Assembly (NCBI GenBank): GCA_964549615.1
Contig: CAZJVP010000090.1
Location: forward strand, 17,418-81,417
Reading direction: 5' to 3'
Origin: an uncultured Thermococci archaeon
GTDB taxonomy: Archaea; CAYQAE01; CAYVLA01
DNA length: 64,000 nt
Each line of letters starts with the position of its first letter. Position 1 is the first letter of the stretch. Below, piece by piece: positions 49,227 through 58,946 of this stretch. Made by a program: the position numbers and the translations under genes. The notes beneath the pieces were generated by a model, which made no database searches, was not told the origin of the DNA, and was given only the letters and a program-made list of their open reading frames with translations.

Positions 49227-51653
49227 CTACAAAGTCCAACATAGCTCCCAGCGGGTTCGGGGGCCCTTGGACACAACGGGGATCGCGAGCGATCCGTTGG
49301 CCCCAGGAAGCGGGTGAACTAGCTGCTCGTCCACCTTGGCCGTGGCGCGCGCGTTCGGGGGCCCAACTACCACGATGTAGCCCTGCTGGCCAGCTGGCCT
49401 GTTCAACTCCCCCGTGAGGGTCCCAGAGGAATCCCAGACCACGTTGCTCAGCTCGACGCCCCCGCTTTGATGGAACGTGGTCCCTACCACCCAGGGATGC
49501 ACTCTGGCCTTCCGCATGATCAAGAGCTTGACGGCCGGGCCGAAGTAGCTGATCTTCAAAGTACCCTTGGCCGCTGCGACTACGAGGGACTGCGCATCGC
49601 CAGGATGGACATAGCCGTTGACGCCCTCCTTCCTCGAGCAGACATCGCCCAGGAACTGTCCGGACCAGAACTCGTAGGCCCAGTACCTTCCACGCGCTTC
49701 AAGCCCGACGCGCCGCAAAGGCAGGTGGAAGGTGGTGATGCTGGGTCTGCCCTCGGAGTCCAGAGGCGCATCGTAGCTGAAGAGGGCGATCAGGTGCCAC
49801 TCATCCCAGCTTGACGAAACGGGCAGATGCCAGATCCTAGATCCGATCTGAACCGGTGACTCCACGCTCGTGGCCGGCTGTCCTCGGCACGAGGCCTCGT
49901 ACTCCAGGTGCGAAACGCGGACGGGCTCGAAGAGATCCACCGGACGCGCCGCGATGCCGAGGGGCGGAAGGGCGGCCAACAGTATTTGCCAGCGGTCCTC
50001 TGGCAGAAGGGTAAGGTCGTCCCCGATGTCCACCTGGCCGCCGCTCATGAAGGTCGCGGTCGCCCTCAGGCGGGCCTCCTCGATCGTGCCTGGCGGGCCG
50101 ACGCATAGGCAAGAGGGCTGTATGATTCCCCACCTGCGATGCTTGAAGAGGTGCCCTGCCAAGTTAAGGCCGTAGTTCTGCCGGTGATGCTGCCAGCCGA
50201 CGTACCCCGTGTTGCCCGTGTCGTTACAGGCGTAAAGAAGAGGGAAGCTTCCTGTGCCAGGTAGCTCCGGCCCGGAACAGTTGAGCAGGAGTGCCTCGGG
50301 GTCAACCGCCTGCATCTCCTCCCTCATTATGCGCATCCCAACTCGCGATGCCTCGCTTCCCCCTCCCGCCACAATGCTTGAGTCCCATCTATCGCGGAGG
50401 GCTCCATCGCTGGCCACCCCGAGGAAGTCAGCCTTGAGATACCGAACTCCCCTGTTTGCCAAGCCGCGGATCTTCTCCCTCAACCACCTCTGCGCATCCG
50501 GGTTTGTCAGGTCCAAGGCAAAGATCCTTCCATGGGGTTCCCAGAACCACTCACCCCTGGAGAGGGGCTTCTCCCCCTTCCCGCCGAGCAGCCAGTCAGG
50601 GTGTTCCCGGAAGATGGGATCAAACTCACTGATGCTGAAGGGCGCGGTCCAAACACCAAGCTTGAGGCCAAGCTCACGCAGGCGATCCGCCAGCCAAGCG
50701 AGGCCGTGAGGGAATTGGTCGTTCTCCTCAAACGCGCAGGGGAGATGGCCTCTCTGCCACCCGAGGTCCAGCTGCATTATGCTTAGGCCGAGCGGTTTGA
50801 GCCTTTCTGCCGCGATCTTTGCGTTCGCGAGGACACGCTGCTCGCTCACACCGAGGCGATGAGGATACCAGCTGCACCAGGAAACGGGGATGTCTGAGAT
50901 CGGCCTGACTTTGTGGCGACGTCCAACGACATCCGCATAACGCTCGAGCAGTCTCCAGGGATCCCGCCCCGCCAGCAGCACGACCTCCTCAAGGGTTATC
51001 CTCTCCCTCGGCTGTACGAGCAGGTCGCCGCCGTCAAAACCTATCGACCACGAATGCGGCTGGTATCCCAGCCGCTCTTCGGTGACGATCTGCCCCCTCC
51101 ATCTTTCCTCGGTCAGAAAGCCGACGCACAAGGCCGTCCCCGAATCAAGGTCAAAGCTCAGCCAGCAGGTGTCGGATGAGTGACGGGAAGGCCTAGCATC
51201 CTTGCCGCCCGCCGTCGCGGAGCCCAACCACCTGACCCTGGCCCAGTAGTTCCCCTGTTCATAGATGCGCGTCGAACGCGGACTCCGCGAGAGCCTGACC
51301 CGCATCTTGTCCCCGAGAACCGGGCCCAGGATCTGAACGTGATTCAGACGAAGACCTCGCCCCGACAGGTTTGTGAGTTCGCTACGCAGCAAGAAACCAG
51401 CATTCTCGACAGCCGAGAACTCCTGCACGAGGCGTACCCTTGCGGGCGCGAACTCGGTTTGCACTGCAATGCCCAGGCATGCGTCATCACGTTCCGTGAT
51501 ACGGTCGGTGACAGCAAGCCTGCGGCCGTCCACAATCAGACCTGGAGCCAGCGGCCCGACCCTGAGGCTCGCGCTCAGAGGTGAACTGATTACGATGCCG
51601 CTACGCTTGGACCGGCAGGTCAACCTGAGCCCTCCATGCGCGACGTCTAACAC
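49227..51653 (-). CDS. Alpha-galactosidase-like glycoside hydrolase (GH36)
   Basis: SWCSWY, QLDLGWQ, FPHGL, GVWTAPF, LDLTNPDA, YLKADF. Confidence 0.8.
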   Translation of the reverse strand: MLDVAHGGLRLTCRSKRSGIVISSPLSASLRVGPLAPGLIVDGRRLAVTDRITERDDACLGIAVQTEFAPARVRLVQEFSAVENAGFLLRSELTNLSGRGLRLNHVQILGPVLGDKMRVRLSRSPRSTRIYEQGNYWARVRWLGSATAGGKDARPSRHSSDTCWLSFDLDSGTALCVGFLTEERWRGQIVTEERLGYQPHSWSIGFDGGDLLVQPRERITLEEVVLLAGRDPWRLLERYADVVGRRHKVRPISDIPVSWCSWYPHRLGVSEQRVLANAKIAAERLKPLGLSIMQLDLGWQRGHLPCAFEENDQFPHGLAWLADRLRELGLKLGVWTAPFSISEFDPIFREHPDWLLGGKGEKPLSRGEWFWEPHGRIFALDLTNPDAQRWLREKIRGLANRGVRYLKADFLGVASDGALRDRWDSSIVAGGGSEASRVGMRIMREEMQAVDPEALLLNCSGPELPGTGSFPLLYACNDTGNTGYVGWQHHRQNYGLNLAGHLFKHRRWGIIQPSCLCVGPPGTIEEARLRATATFMSGGQVDIGDDLTLLPEDRWQILLAALPPLGIAARPVDLFEPVRVSHLEYEASCRGQPATSVESPVQIGSRIWHLPVSSSWDEWHLIALFSYDAPLDSEGRPSITTFHLPLRRVGLEARGRYWAYEFWSGQFLGDVCSRKEGVNGYVHPGDAQSLVVAAAKGTLKISYFGPAVKLLIMRKARVHPWVVGTTFHQSGGVELSNVVWDSSGTLTGELNRPAGQQGYIVVVGPPNARATAKVDEQLVHPLPGANGSLAIPVVSKGPRTRWELCWTL

Positions 51654-51919
51654 CTATCTCACCACACCTGATGCGGAACCGACGACTGATCCGACCTGAC
51701 GGGCTTCGCGTCGACGCAGACCTTGAAGGATTTATCGGGGACGTCCGGGAACATCCCGAGCCCTGGATGCATCGCAAGATGGAGCAAGAAAGCCTTTTCT
51801 GCGGCCGCGAAGGAAGCATCGAGCTTGGAAGCCAGGAAGTCGGCCGCATCGGCCCAGCTTCCTAGAGCATCTCCTTCAGAATAGAAGATGGTGAGAACCG
51901 TCAAGGATGCTGGTTCAGG

Positions 51920-53158
51920 ATGATCTCCGTACTGGTCCTCTTGGTCGTGTTCGCGCTGATTGCAGCAAGGCGAGTAGGCAGCGTCAGGCTTCAGATATGG
52001 CAGGTTATGCTGTTGGGCGCCGTGGCGGTTCTGGCGACAGGCCAGATCTCTCCTGAGGCTGCCGTGCGGGCCATAAACCTGGATGTGATGTTCTTCCTCT
52101 TCGGGATGTTCGTAGTCGGGGAAGCGCTCGAAGAGAGCGGATACCTCTCCCATCTTTCCCACAGGATGTTCAGGAAAGCGAAATCCTTCGACGCCCTGAT
52201 CCTCATAATCCTGTTCGGCATGGGGATCCCTTCCGCGTTCCTGATGAACGATACGTTGGCAATAATCGGAACGCCGGTGGTCCTCTCGCTCGCAATCAGG
52301 AATCGCATGCGGCCCCAGGTCCTGCTTCTTGCCCTTGCCTTCTCGGTGACGACAGGCAGCGCGATGAGCCCCATAGGCAACCCGCAGAACCTCCTGATCG
52401 CCATCGGGGCAAGGGTCGCCAATCCCTTCGTGACCTTCTTCAGATTCCTGGCCATGCCAACGATGGTCAACCTTCTTGTGGCCTACCTCATGCTGCGGCT
52501 CTTCTACGGCAAGCACCTTCGGGGCAAGCCGGTTGAAAGCTTCCCTGAGCCGATGAGGGATCCCGGGCTCGCCAAGCTTTCCCAAGTCTCCCTGATCTTG
52601 CTTGTGGTCCTGACAGGAGCCAAGATCGCGACGGCACTCCTGAACGTTGATATCGACTACAGGCTGACCTACATAGCGATTGCCTCGGCGGCCCCTATCA
52701 TCCTGCTGAGCCCTTCCAGACTGAGGCTGGTGAGGAACATCGACTGGCACACGCTGATCTTCTTCGCCTCGATGTTCGTCCTGATGGAGAGCGTGTGGGA
52801 CTCTGGCTTCTTCCAAAACCTCATCGGCGCGCTGAACGTAGACCTCAGCTCGGTGGGCATGATCCTAATCGTCAGCGTCCTGCTGAGCCAGTTCATCTCG
52901 AACGTGCCGCTCGTCGCGCTGTATCTGCCATTGCTCATCGAGTCCGGAGTCTCAACGAAGGCGACCATGGCCTTGGCTGCTGGGAGCACCATCGCGGGCA
53001 ATCTCGCGATCCTGGGCGCCGCCAGCAACGTGATCATAATACAGAACGCGGAGAAGAGATCCGGCGAGACCGTGTCGTTTTTCGAGTTTGTGAGGATCGG
53101 ACTGCCCCTAACTGCGGTCAACGTCCTCGTCTACTGGATGTTCTTTGCGGCCAGCTGA
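51920..53158 (+). CDS. ArsB/NhaD/citrate (SLC13-like) transporter
   Basis: SAFLMND, SPIGNPQN, SQFISNVP, STIAGN...GAASN. Confidence 0.85.
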   Translation: MISVLVLLVVFALIAARRVGSVRLQIWQVMLLGAVAVLATGQISPEAAVRAINLDVMFFLFGMFVVGEALEESGYLSHLSHRMFRKAKSFDALILIILFGMGIPSAFLMNDTLAIIGTPVVLSLAIRNRMRPQVLLLALAFSVTTGSAMSPIGNPQNLLIAIGARVANPFVTFFRFLAMPTMVNLLVAYLMLRLFYGKHLRGKPVESFPEPMRDPGLAKLSQVSLILLVVLTGAKIATALLNVDIDYRLTYIAIASAAPIILLSPSRLRLVRNIDWHTLIFFASMFVLMESVWDSGFFQNLIGALNVDLSSVGMILIVSVLLSQFISNVPLVALYLPLLIESGVSTKATMALAAGSTIAGNLAILGAASNVIIIQNAEKRSGETVSFFEFVRIGLPLTAVNVLVYWMFFAAS

Positions 53159-53319
53159 TCGGCTCCAGCACCCCGCAGAGACCGGGTGAGACCCCAACAT
53201 CCTTCCGAGAGTGCGAAGCTGGGATTCGAGGGTCTGAGGCGAAGCACGTTGCGATCCAGATGTGCCCGTCCGTCAACGCATTTTTATGGCACGGTTTGAC
53301 CGACAAGCTCGGAGGCAAG

Positions 53320-53964
53320 ATGATGGTTCACATCCAACCACCCCTCACTGTGCCCAAGGACGCCATCGTCCTGTTCAATGGCAAGGACCTTCGAAACTGG
53401 CGCACTCGAAAGGGCGAACCGGCTGGCTGGGAGGTCTCGAAGGGGGTAATGACGGTCGTGAAAGGGACGGGCGACATCGCCACCGACATGAAGTTCACCG
53501 ACTTCTTCCTCCACCTAGAGTGGATGGAGCCCGACATGCCGGAGGCGAAGGGGCAGGCCAAGGGGAACAGCGGCGTGTACCTTCAGGGACGCTACGAGAT
53601 CCAGGTCCTGGACTCCTACGGCATCGAGATCCCTGGAAAGGGGGATTGCGGCGCGATATATGACCAGTTTGCGCCGCTTGTCAACGCATGCAAGCCGCCG
53701 CTTCAGTGGCAAACCTATGATGTGGCGTTCCGTGCACCACGGTTTGACGATTCGGGAAAAGTCCTGAGCCAGGCGCGGGTGACGGTCTTCCAGAACGGCA
53801 TACTGATACACAACAACGTCGAGGTGCTCGGCCCCACGGGCGGCGCCATGGACACCAACATCGCCGAGCCGGGACCGCTCCTGCTCCAGGACCACGGGAA
53901 CCCGGTTAAGTATCGCAACATCTGGATCGTACCGCTTCCCTTGAAGGGATCAGACAAGTACTGA
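53320..53964 (+). CDS. DUF1080 (3-keto-disaccharide hydrolase) family protein
   Basis: LFNGKDL..W, LHLEW, GNSGVY..YEIQVLD, LQDHG..V.YRNIWI; GGAGG RBS. Confidence 0.9.
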   Translation: MMVHIQPPLTVPKDAIVLFNGKDLRNWRTRKGEPAGWEVSKGVMTVVKGTGDIATDMKFTDFFLHLEWMEPDMPEAKGQAKGNSGVYLQGRYEIQVLDSYGIEIPGKGDCGAIYDQFAPLVNACKPPLQWQTYDVAFRAPRFDDSGKVLSQARVTVFQNGILIHNNVEVLGPTGGAMDTNIAEPGPLLLQDHGNPVKYRNIWIVPLPLKGSDKY

Positions 53965-54161
53965 ATCACCTGCCGTCTGGTCCACATCAACCGGCTCCGA
54001 TCCGGCGCCGGGCCTTGCAATCCCCCGTACGCCGGCCCAGTCAGCGTGGATCGGCGCGGGAAGAAGACCGCCTCTCCATCCTCTCATCCAGCCGAGTGCC
54101 ATCGAGAAGCTCCTCCGCGTTCCCCCGTGTGAGATAACCGTTTTATCGCCAAACTGACCAT

Positions 54162-54917
54162 TTGCCTGCCGTGGAGTCCCCTCGGCGAATGGCGCTTGAC
54201 AAGCAGCTGAGGAGGCAATCGCTGTGGCTCCGGGATTCCTACATCTGGCTGCTCAGCGCGAAGGTCGCCCAAGGGAGAAGCGGGATGTCCGCACTCGACG
54301 TCGGGTGCGGCCCGGGCTTCGTCATGGAGATTCTGGGAAAGTTGTTCGCCGTCACCGGAGTCGATACGGATGAAGATATGGTCAGGGCATGCAGGGCGAA
54401 GGACCTGAGCGTTCAGAAGGCCTCCGCGTACCGGCTGCCGTACCGGGATTGTTCCTTCGACATCGTCTACTGCTCATTCCTGCTGCTATGGCTCAAGGAG
54501 CCTTCGAAGGCACTGGAGGAGATGTCACGGGTTTCGAAGGCGCACGTGCTGTGCCTAGGGGAGCCCGATCTTGGGGCGCGCATCGATCATCCCGAAAGCC
54601 TCGCAGGGCTGGGTCCCCTGCTTGTGGAAGGGATGAGGAAGCAAGGCGCAGATCCGTTCATGGGCAGGAAGCTCAGGCAGCTCTTCAAGCGATGCGGCCT
54701 CATGGTCGAGGTGGGCGTCCACCCGGGAGTGTGGGACATAACCAAGCTGAGGCAGGAGTACGAGGACGAGTGGAGATACATCGAGTCCACCGCAACGACT
54801 GCATCGGATGACCAGATGCGCAGGCTTCGCGAGGCATGGCGGGAGGCCCTCTCCGCGAGGACGCTGTTCCAATACAACCCCATCTTCTATGCGCTCGGGC
54901 GCAAGCGCTGGGCCTAG
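54162..54917 (+). CDS. Class I SAM-dependent methyltransferase
   Basis: ALDVGCGPG, GVD, LPYRDCSFDIV; start may be 54189. Confidence 0.85.
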   Translation: MPAVESPRRMALDKQLRRQSLWLRDSYIWLLSAKVAQGRSGMSALDVGCGPGFVMEILGKLFAVTGVDTDEDMVRACRAKDLSVQKASAYRLPYRDCSFDIVYCSFLLLWLKEPSKALEEMSRVSKAHVLCLGEPDLGARIDHPESLAGLGPLLVEGMRKQGADPFMGRKLRQLFKRCGLMVEVGVHPGVWDITKLRQEYEDEWRYIESTATTASDDQMRRLREAWREALSARTLFQYNPIFYALGRKRWA

Positions 54918-54919
54918 CC

Positions 54920-56272
54920 CTACATGTTTGAGTGCCTGTCCAGACAAAGATAGTCCTCGCGCTCATGCGCGAGTGGGCACCCGCCACCGCACACGTCGGC
55001 CAGGTTGCACGTCCTGCATTTCTCCGGCAGGTACCCGCGGCTGCGAAGCCGTCTGCACAGCTCGTGGTTCCATATCCTGTCCCACGGATCGGTGAGAATA
55101 TTGCCCAGGGATTGATAGTAACTTTGGCAGGGCAGCACGGTGCCGTCCGGCTCCACGGCCATGTTGAGCGAACAGGCAGTGCACTGCTTGATGCCGAGGC
55201 CGAGGTTGATCGGGTTGAAGTTGCAGTATGGCGTCGGGGTGTACCACGTCAGCTTGACGCCGGCCTCCTCGGTCATCGCCATGATGTTGACCAACAGCGA
55301 CTCGAGCTCCTCATAGGCGATGCTCCTAGCACCCTTGCCCTTGCCTGATCGGATGAGGCCGTTGAAAGCGATGTTCTTCACGCCCAACCCGATCAGGAAT
55401 CGGCACGTCTCCTCCAGATCCTCGTAGTTCTCCCTCAGTATTGTCGTGTTCGTGGCAAAGTAGAAGTCCTCCTTGACGGCGGCCTTGATGCCCTCGACGG
55501 TCTGCTTCCAAGCACCCGCGGATCCGCAGAGGGCGTCGTGGACGCTCTGCCTGTAGGAGAGGAGGGTGACTTGAGCATGGTCGAGTCCGGCCGCGATTAG
55601 ATCACGGAGGTATCCCTCCTTTGCAAGCTTCCTCCCGTTGCTTATCAGGCCCGTCACCTGACCGTGCTCCTCTGACCTCGCGATCAGCTGCCGGAGGTGG
55701 GGCGAAAGGGTGGGCTCACCGCCGGTAAAGACGATGTGGGGGACCCCGATCTCCCAGGTTCTGTCGATGACCTTCAGCCAACCGGCCAGGTCAAGCTCCT
55801 TGACCGCCCGGTTCTCGTTGTAACAATGTGCGCAGCTGTTTTCGCACCGGTACGTCAGGGCAAGATCCATCCTGTAAGGCGAGGGAAGGTCATCGGCACC
55901 GATCGTCGGCGTTTCCGCAGGAGTCTGCTTGATCACGTCCGCCTGCCCGCGGAGGAATCCCAGAAGCTGGCTCCTCAGGTCGTTGTAGTGTCGCCTGGCG
56001 GTTGCCTCGTCGAGCTTCCTGTACCGGGAGAGCATGTACTTGGCCATCCTTGCCTCGTCCCATCCCTCCAGCAGGCCGCGCACATAGTCCAGCGCGGTGC
56101 CGTTTAGGAAGAGGAGCTTTGAGGCATCGATCATCAGGACCCCCTTCCTTCGGCTGTCGACCCTGAGGTGGAAGCGGTGGCGCGCAAGCTCGCCCTTGCC
56201 ATCGAACTTATAGGTGCCCGCCCTGAGCTCCTTCTCCGTCCGCAGGCCAAACGCCGCTTTGAGGCGCGTCAT
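54920..56272 (-). CDS. Radical SAM/SPASM protein with PqqD/RRE-like N-terminal domain
   Basis: CENSCAHC (CxxxCxxC), FTGGEP, SNG; SPASM CTAC...DGTVLPC...CRTC-x5-CGGGC; ATG 56272 overlaps the upstream stop (ATGA). Confidence 0.9.
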   Translation of the reverse strand: MTRLKAAFGLRTEKELRAGTYKFDGKGELARHRFHLRVDSRRKGVLMIDASKLLFLNGTALDYVRGLLEGWDEARMAKYMLSRYRKLDEATARRHYNDLRSQLLGFLRGQADVIKQTPAETPTIGADDLPSPYRMDLALTYRCENSCAHCYNENRAVKELDLAGWLKVIDRTWEIGVPHIVFTGGEPTLSPHLRQLIARSEEHGQVTGLISNGRKLAKEGYLRDLIAAGLDHAQVTLLSYRQSVHDALCGSAGAWKQTVEGIKAAVKEDFYFATNTTILRENYEDLEETCRFLIGLGVKNIAFNGLIRSGKGKGARSIAYEELESLLVNIMAMTEEAGVKLTWYTPTPYCNFNPINLGLGIKQCTACSLNMAVEPDGTVLPCQSYYQSLGNILTDPWDRIWNHELCRRLRSRGYLPEKCRTCNLADVCGGGCPLAHEREDYLCLDRHSNM

Positions 56273-57912
56273 CTGCCGCCCCCCGCACATGCGCACGCAC
56301 AGGCGCAGGCGCACGCGCAACCCCCTCCGAAGCCACCGCCGATGCCGCCTCCCCAGTACCCGGCCCGGGATCCTGCGCCCGCGGCCGGCCGCGCCGAAAG
56401 GGGGTTGGTGACCCTTGCGACATCCGTCGCAAGAGACCTCATGTTCGAGACCATGTTCCTGCTGCTGGTTCTGAGCCTGGAGACGTATCCTCTGGCCAGG
56501 GACCGGGCGTCGCCGGGCTCGGCTCGACCTCCTGGCCGAGAGGCGGGTTGCCAGACGTATGCGAACCCGCGCATCCGCCCGGGATACCTCCTGTCGAGCA
56601 TCATCCAATCGTTGTTCGTCTCAAGCTCCCGTGCGAAATCCTCGGGGGTATTCGCGGCCTTGACCTGCTTCCACGCCTTCTCGCAGATCGAGCGGTAGTA
56701 TTCCCTTGTATCCTCATACGAGAACCCCCTGAGCTTCTTCTTCACGCTCTCTATCAGTCTCACCAGCCCGGCCTTAAGTGCGGGGGAGGCCAACCTTCCG
56801 TCCGGCCCGATTGCCTTCAGGTAGTCGGTCTCATACTCATAGTCCCCAGCCTCGGCAAGCTTCTTGAGCCGCATTGGCCTTTCGTCGGAGATTATCTGGA
56901 TCTTGCCCTTCCTTACCAATCCGTAGAGGATCATGGTTGCGACGACTGCAAGCGGCCTTTCCAGAACGATGGCCGCCTCAACGGCGGTGAGATCCCGTCT
57001 GGGACCGGCGCCCTGCTGTGAGACCTCGGGCTCGAAATAGTCCATCATGGCTTTCCGCCCGCTGTGGATGGCCAGGGCGAAGAACGTGGTCACCAGGCCC
57101 GCGATGAGGATGACCGGAAGCAACAGAACGAGGAGCTCTCCGGCCGAGTGGAGGAACTCAACCAGCTTTTCGAGGAGGCCGTACTTGTAGTACCTATCCA
57201 CGAAGGCCTTGGGGAAAGCGACGCCCACATCGTAGACCCCCTGCGCCTGTTGGCGGGGGTCGACGTTTGAGCGGGTCCAAGACGCAACTATCCGCCCGGT
57301 CGCCGGGTCATATTCCACCGAATCCCACGGGTGGTCCTCTAGGTACACGGCCCCGTTGCCGTCGAAGCCCTCGGGGAACAAGACCCTGACCTTCAATTCC
57401 CCCGTGTTTCCTCTCTGGTAGTCCGGATCGAAATTGGTTGGCCTGAACCTGATCCCCGCCGTGCCCTTGACCAACTTGTTATCGTAGACCATGTGCGGGT
57501 TGTTTATCTGCAACCGGACCGTGAAGGGGGTTCCAGCAGAGATGGCTGCTTGGATGGCCGGCGTGAACTCAACCGCAACGCCGACGCCCACGTACGGCGA
57601 CTTGCGGATCTCTCGCGGCTGATACTGATTGCTGCCGATCGTTATGCTCGCCCTAGCTGACCCTATGTCGTAGTGGCGGTTGGGCAGCCCTATGTCAACG
57701 CCAGTGAGGGCGCCGAAGTTTGCCAGTTCGATCGTATAGTCGATGTCCACGCTGCCGTCCTTGAGGATCCAGACATCGACATGTTCCCTCCTGACCTCGA
57801 AATCCAAGCCGTCGTAGCCTGAAACGAGGGGCACCCCAATGCTCGTCACAAGCAGCAGCGCGAGAGTCAGCGGTCCTAGGTCCGGGCAATGCCGCAAACG
57901 TACCTTCGCCAT
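56269..57912 (-). CDS. DUF2207-like membrane protein with Gly-flanked (Cys-Ala)6 C-terminal tail
   Basis: Signal peptide, VDVWILKDGSVDIDYTI, central TM helix, LTAVEAAIVL...LYGLVRKGKI, ends WGGGIGGGFGGGCACACACACACAGGGR. Confidence 0.8.
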   Translation of the reverse strand: MAKVRLRHCPDLGPLTLALLLVTSIGVPLVSGYDGLDFEVRREHVDVWILKDGSVDIDYTIELANFGALTGVDIGLPNRHYDIGSARASITIGSNQYQPREIRKSPYVGVGVAVEFTPAIQAAISAGTPFTVRLQINNPHMVYDNKLVKGTAGIRFRPTNFDPDYQRGNTGELKVRVLFPEGFDGNGAVYLEDHPWDSVEYDPATGRIVASWTRSNVDPRQQAQGVYDVGVAFPKAFVDRYYKYGLLEKLVEFLHSAGELLVLLLPVILIAGLVTTFFALAIHSGRKAMMDYFEPEVSQQGAGPRRDLTAVEAAIVLERPLAVVATMILYGLVRKGKIQIISDERPMRLKKLAEAGDYEYETDYLKAIGPDGRLASPALKAGLVRLIESVKKKLRGFSYEDTREYYRSICEKAWKQVKAANTPEDFARELETNNDWMMLDRRYPGRMRGFAYVWQPASRPGGRAEPGDARSLARGYVSRLRTSSRNMVSNMRSLATDVARVTNPLSARPAAGAGSRAGYWGGGIGGGFGGGCACACACACACAGGGR

Positions 57913-57922
57913 ACCCTCCGCC

Positions 57923-58285
57923 TCACCACTTGGGTTCTTCCTCCAAGGCGTAGGCCGAGCCGCAGTACGGGCACTTCACCATGATCCCTCCCTTTACCAC
58001 GGTCAAGTCCTTCTCCTGCAGGACTGCCCCGCAGGACTTGCAGGCCAGCTTGCGCTCTCTGAACTCACCCGACCCGCCCATGGTCACATGGAACTCTTGC
58101 CTGATCGGTCTCTTCGCCTCCACCCTTGTGCTCGCGTAGATGTACCCCAGCAGGGCGAAGGCGATCAGGATCATCACGGTCCCTGTCAGGATGTTCTCCG
58201 CCTGACCCGCGACCAAGAATATCGAGCCCAACATCACCAAGCAGAGTGCAACGAAGATGACGACCAGCTTGAGCGCATCATGCAC
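57923..58285 (-). CDS. Small two-TM protein with C-terminal zinc ribbon
   Basis: Two hydrophobic helices, CKSCG...CPYCG, ends EEEPKW; 10 bp before the next gene. Confidence 0.8.
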   Translation of the reverse strand: MHDALKLVVIFVALCLVMLGSIFLVAGQAENILTGTVMILIAFALLGYIYASTRVEAKRPIRQEFHVTMGGSGEFRERKLACKSCGAVLQEKDLTVVKGGIMVKCPYCGSAYALEEEPKW

Positions 58286-58421
58286 GAAACTGACTCCCCT
58301 GACTGTCGGGGGGCTTAGGCCTAAAAAGGTGACCTTGCCACCGATTTTTCAGAGAGGCCTGTCGCGAGAGGCTGGCATGGTCTCGGCCCATCCGGCATGG
58401 CGTCGATGCTGAGGATTGGCT

Positions 58422-58700
58422 TCAGAGGCTCCGATAGGCCTGGCTGCGGTGGACCAACTCGGTCACCAAGACAGTGGTGCCCTCGACTGCGAAGATCACT
58501 CTGTATTCGCCGACCCTCATCCTGTAGAGTGGTGTCCTGCCCTCGGGCACCCTGAGCTTTCTGATATCGGAACCCGGCTTGGAGATCGAAGGGTTCTCTC
58601 TCAACTGGCGGATGGCCGCTAGGATCCTGCTCCTGGTGGAAGAGTCAAGCTGGGAGAGTCCCTTCAGGACGTCTCCATGGACGAGGACATTGAAGCTCAC
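58422..58700 (-). CDS. RelE/ParE family toxin
   Basis: RILAAIRQLRENP, DIRKL, YRMRVGEYRVIF, HRSQAY; GTGA overlap with the antitoxin. Confidence 0.88.
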   Translation of the reverse strand: MSFNVLVHGDVLKGLSQLDSSTRSRILAAIRQLRENPSISKPGSDIRKLRVPEGRTPLYRMRVGEYRVIFAVEGTTVLVTELVHRSQAYRSL

Positions 58701-58891
58701 TCTATCTCTTCCAGGGGGACGAACCTGGTGCGGTCCTCGAGTTTTGCATATTGCCTTTCCACGAACTCCACCCAACGTACCTGTGAGACCAGCCGGCGGA
58801 GGATCTGGTCGTATGTTTCCCCCTTCTTGCCGAGCGCCTTCAGGATCTCGCGCGTGTCCTTGGTCACAGGTATCGTTGTCATTTCTCCCAT
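58697..58891 (-). CDS. Antitoxin (archaeal RHH-like)
   Basis: MTTIPVTKDTREILKALGKKGETYDQILRRL...FVPLEEIE, directly upstream of the RelE-like toxin. Confidence 0.82.
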   Translation of the reverse strand: MGEMTTIPVTKDTREILKALGKKGETYDQILRRLVSQVRWVEFVERQYAKLEDRTRFVPLEEIE

Positions 58892-58913
58892 CGTCTTCCC
58901 CTGAAACAGACGT

Positions 58914-58946
58914 TAATGATTTCCATTAGATCTTATAACTGTTATA
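58914..58946 (-). promoter_or_regulatory. TA promoter with two palindromes
   Basis: TAATG-ATTTC-CATTA (58914-28) and TATAAC-T-GTTATA (58934-46). Confidence 0.6.

Noticed and set aside
51671-51865. 64-aa ORF between the GH36-like gene and the transporter
   Set aside because: No motif or RBS support.
54162-54917. Methyltransferase as a tailoring enzyme of the (CA)6 system
   Set aside because: It is convergently transcribed, so adjacency is the only evidence.
54920-56272. Anaerobic sulfatase maturase serving the sulfatase at 5.2-6.7 kb
   Set aside because: It is about 48 kb away, has an extra RRE-like N-domain and is coupled to the Cys-tail gene. Disfavoured but not formally excluded.
56273-56608. 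N-terminal 112 aa of the 562-aa ORF
   Set aside because: It is a shadow frame over the upstream gene; the ATGA-coupled start at 56272 is more plausible.
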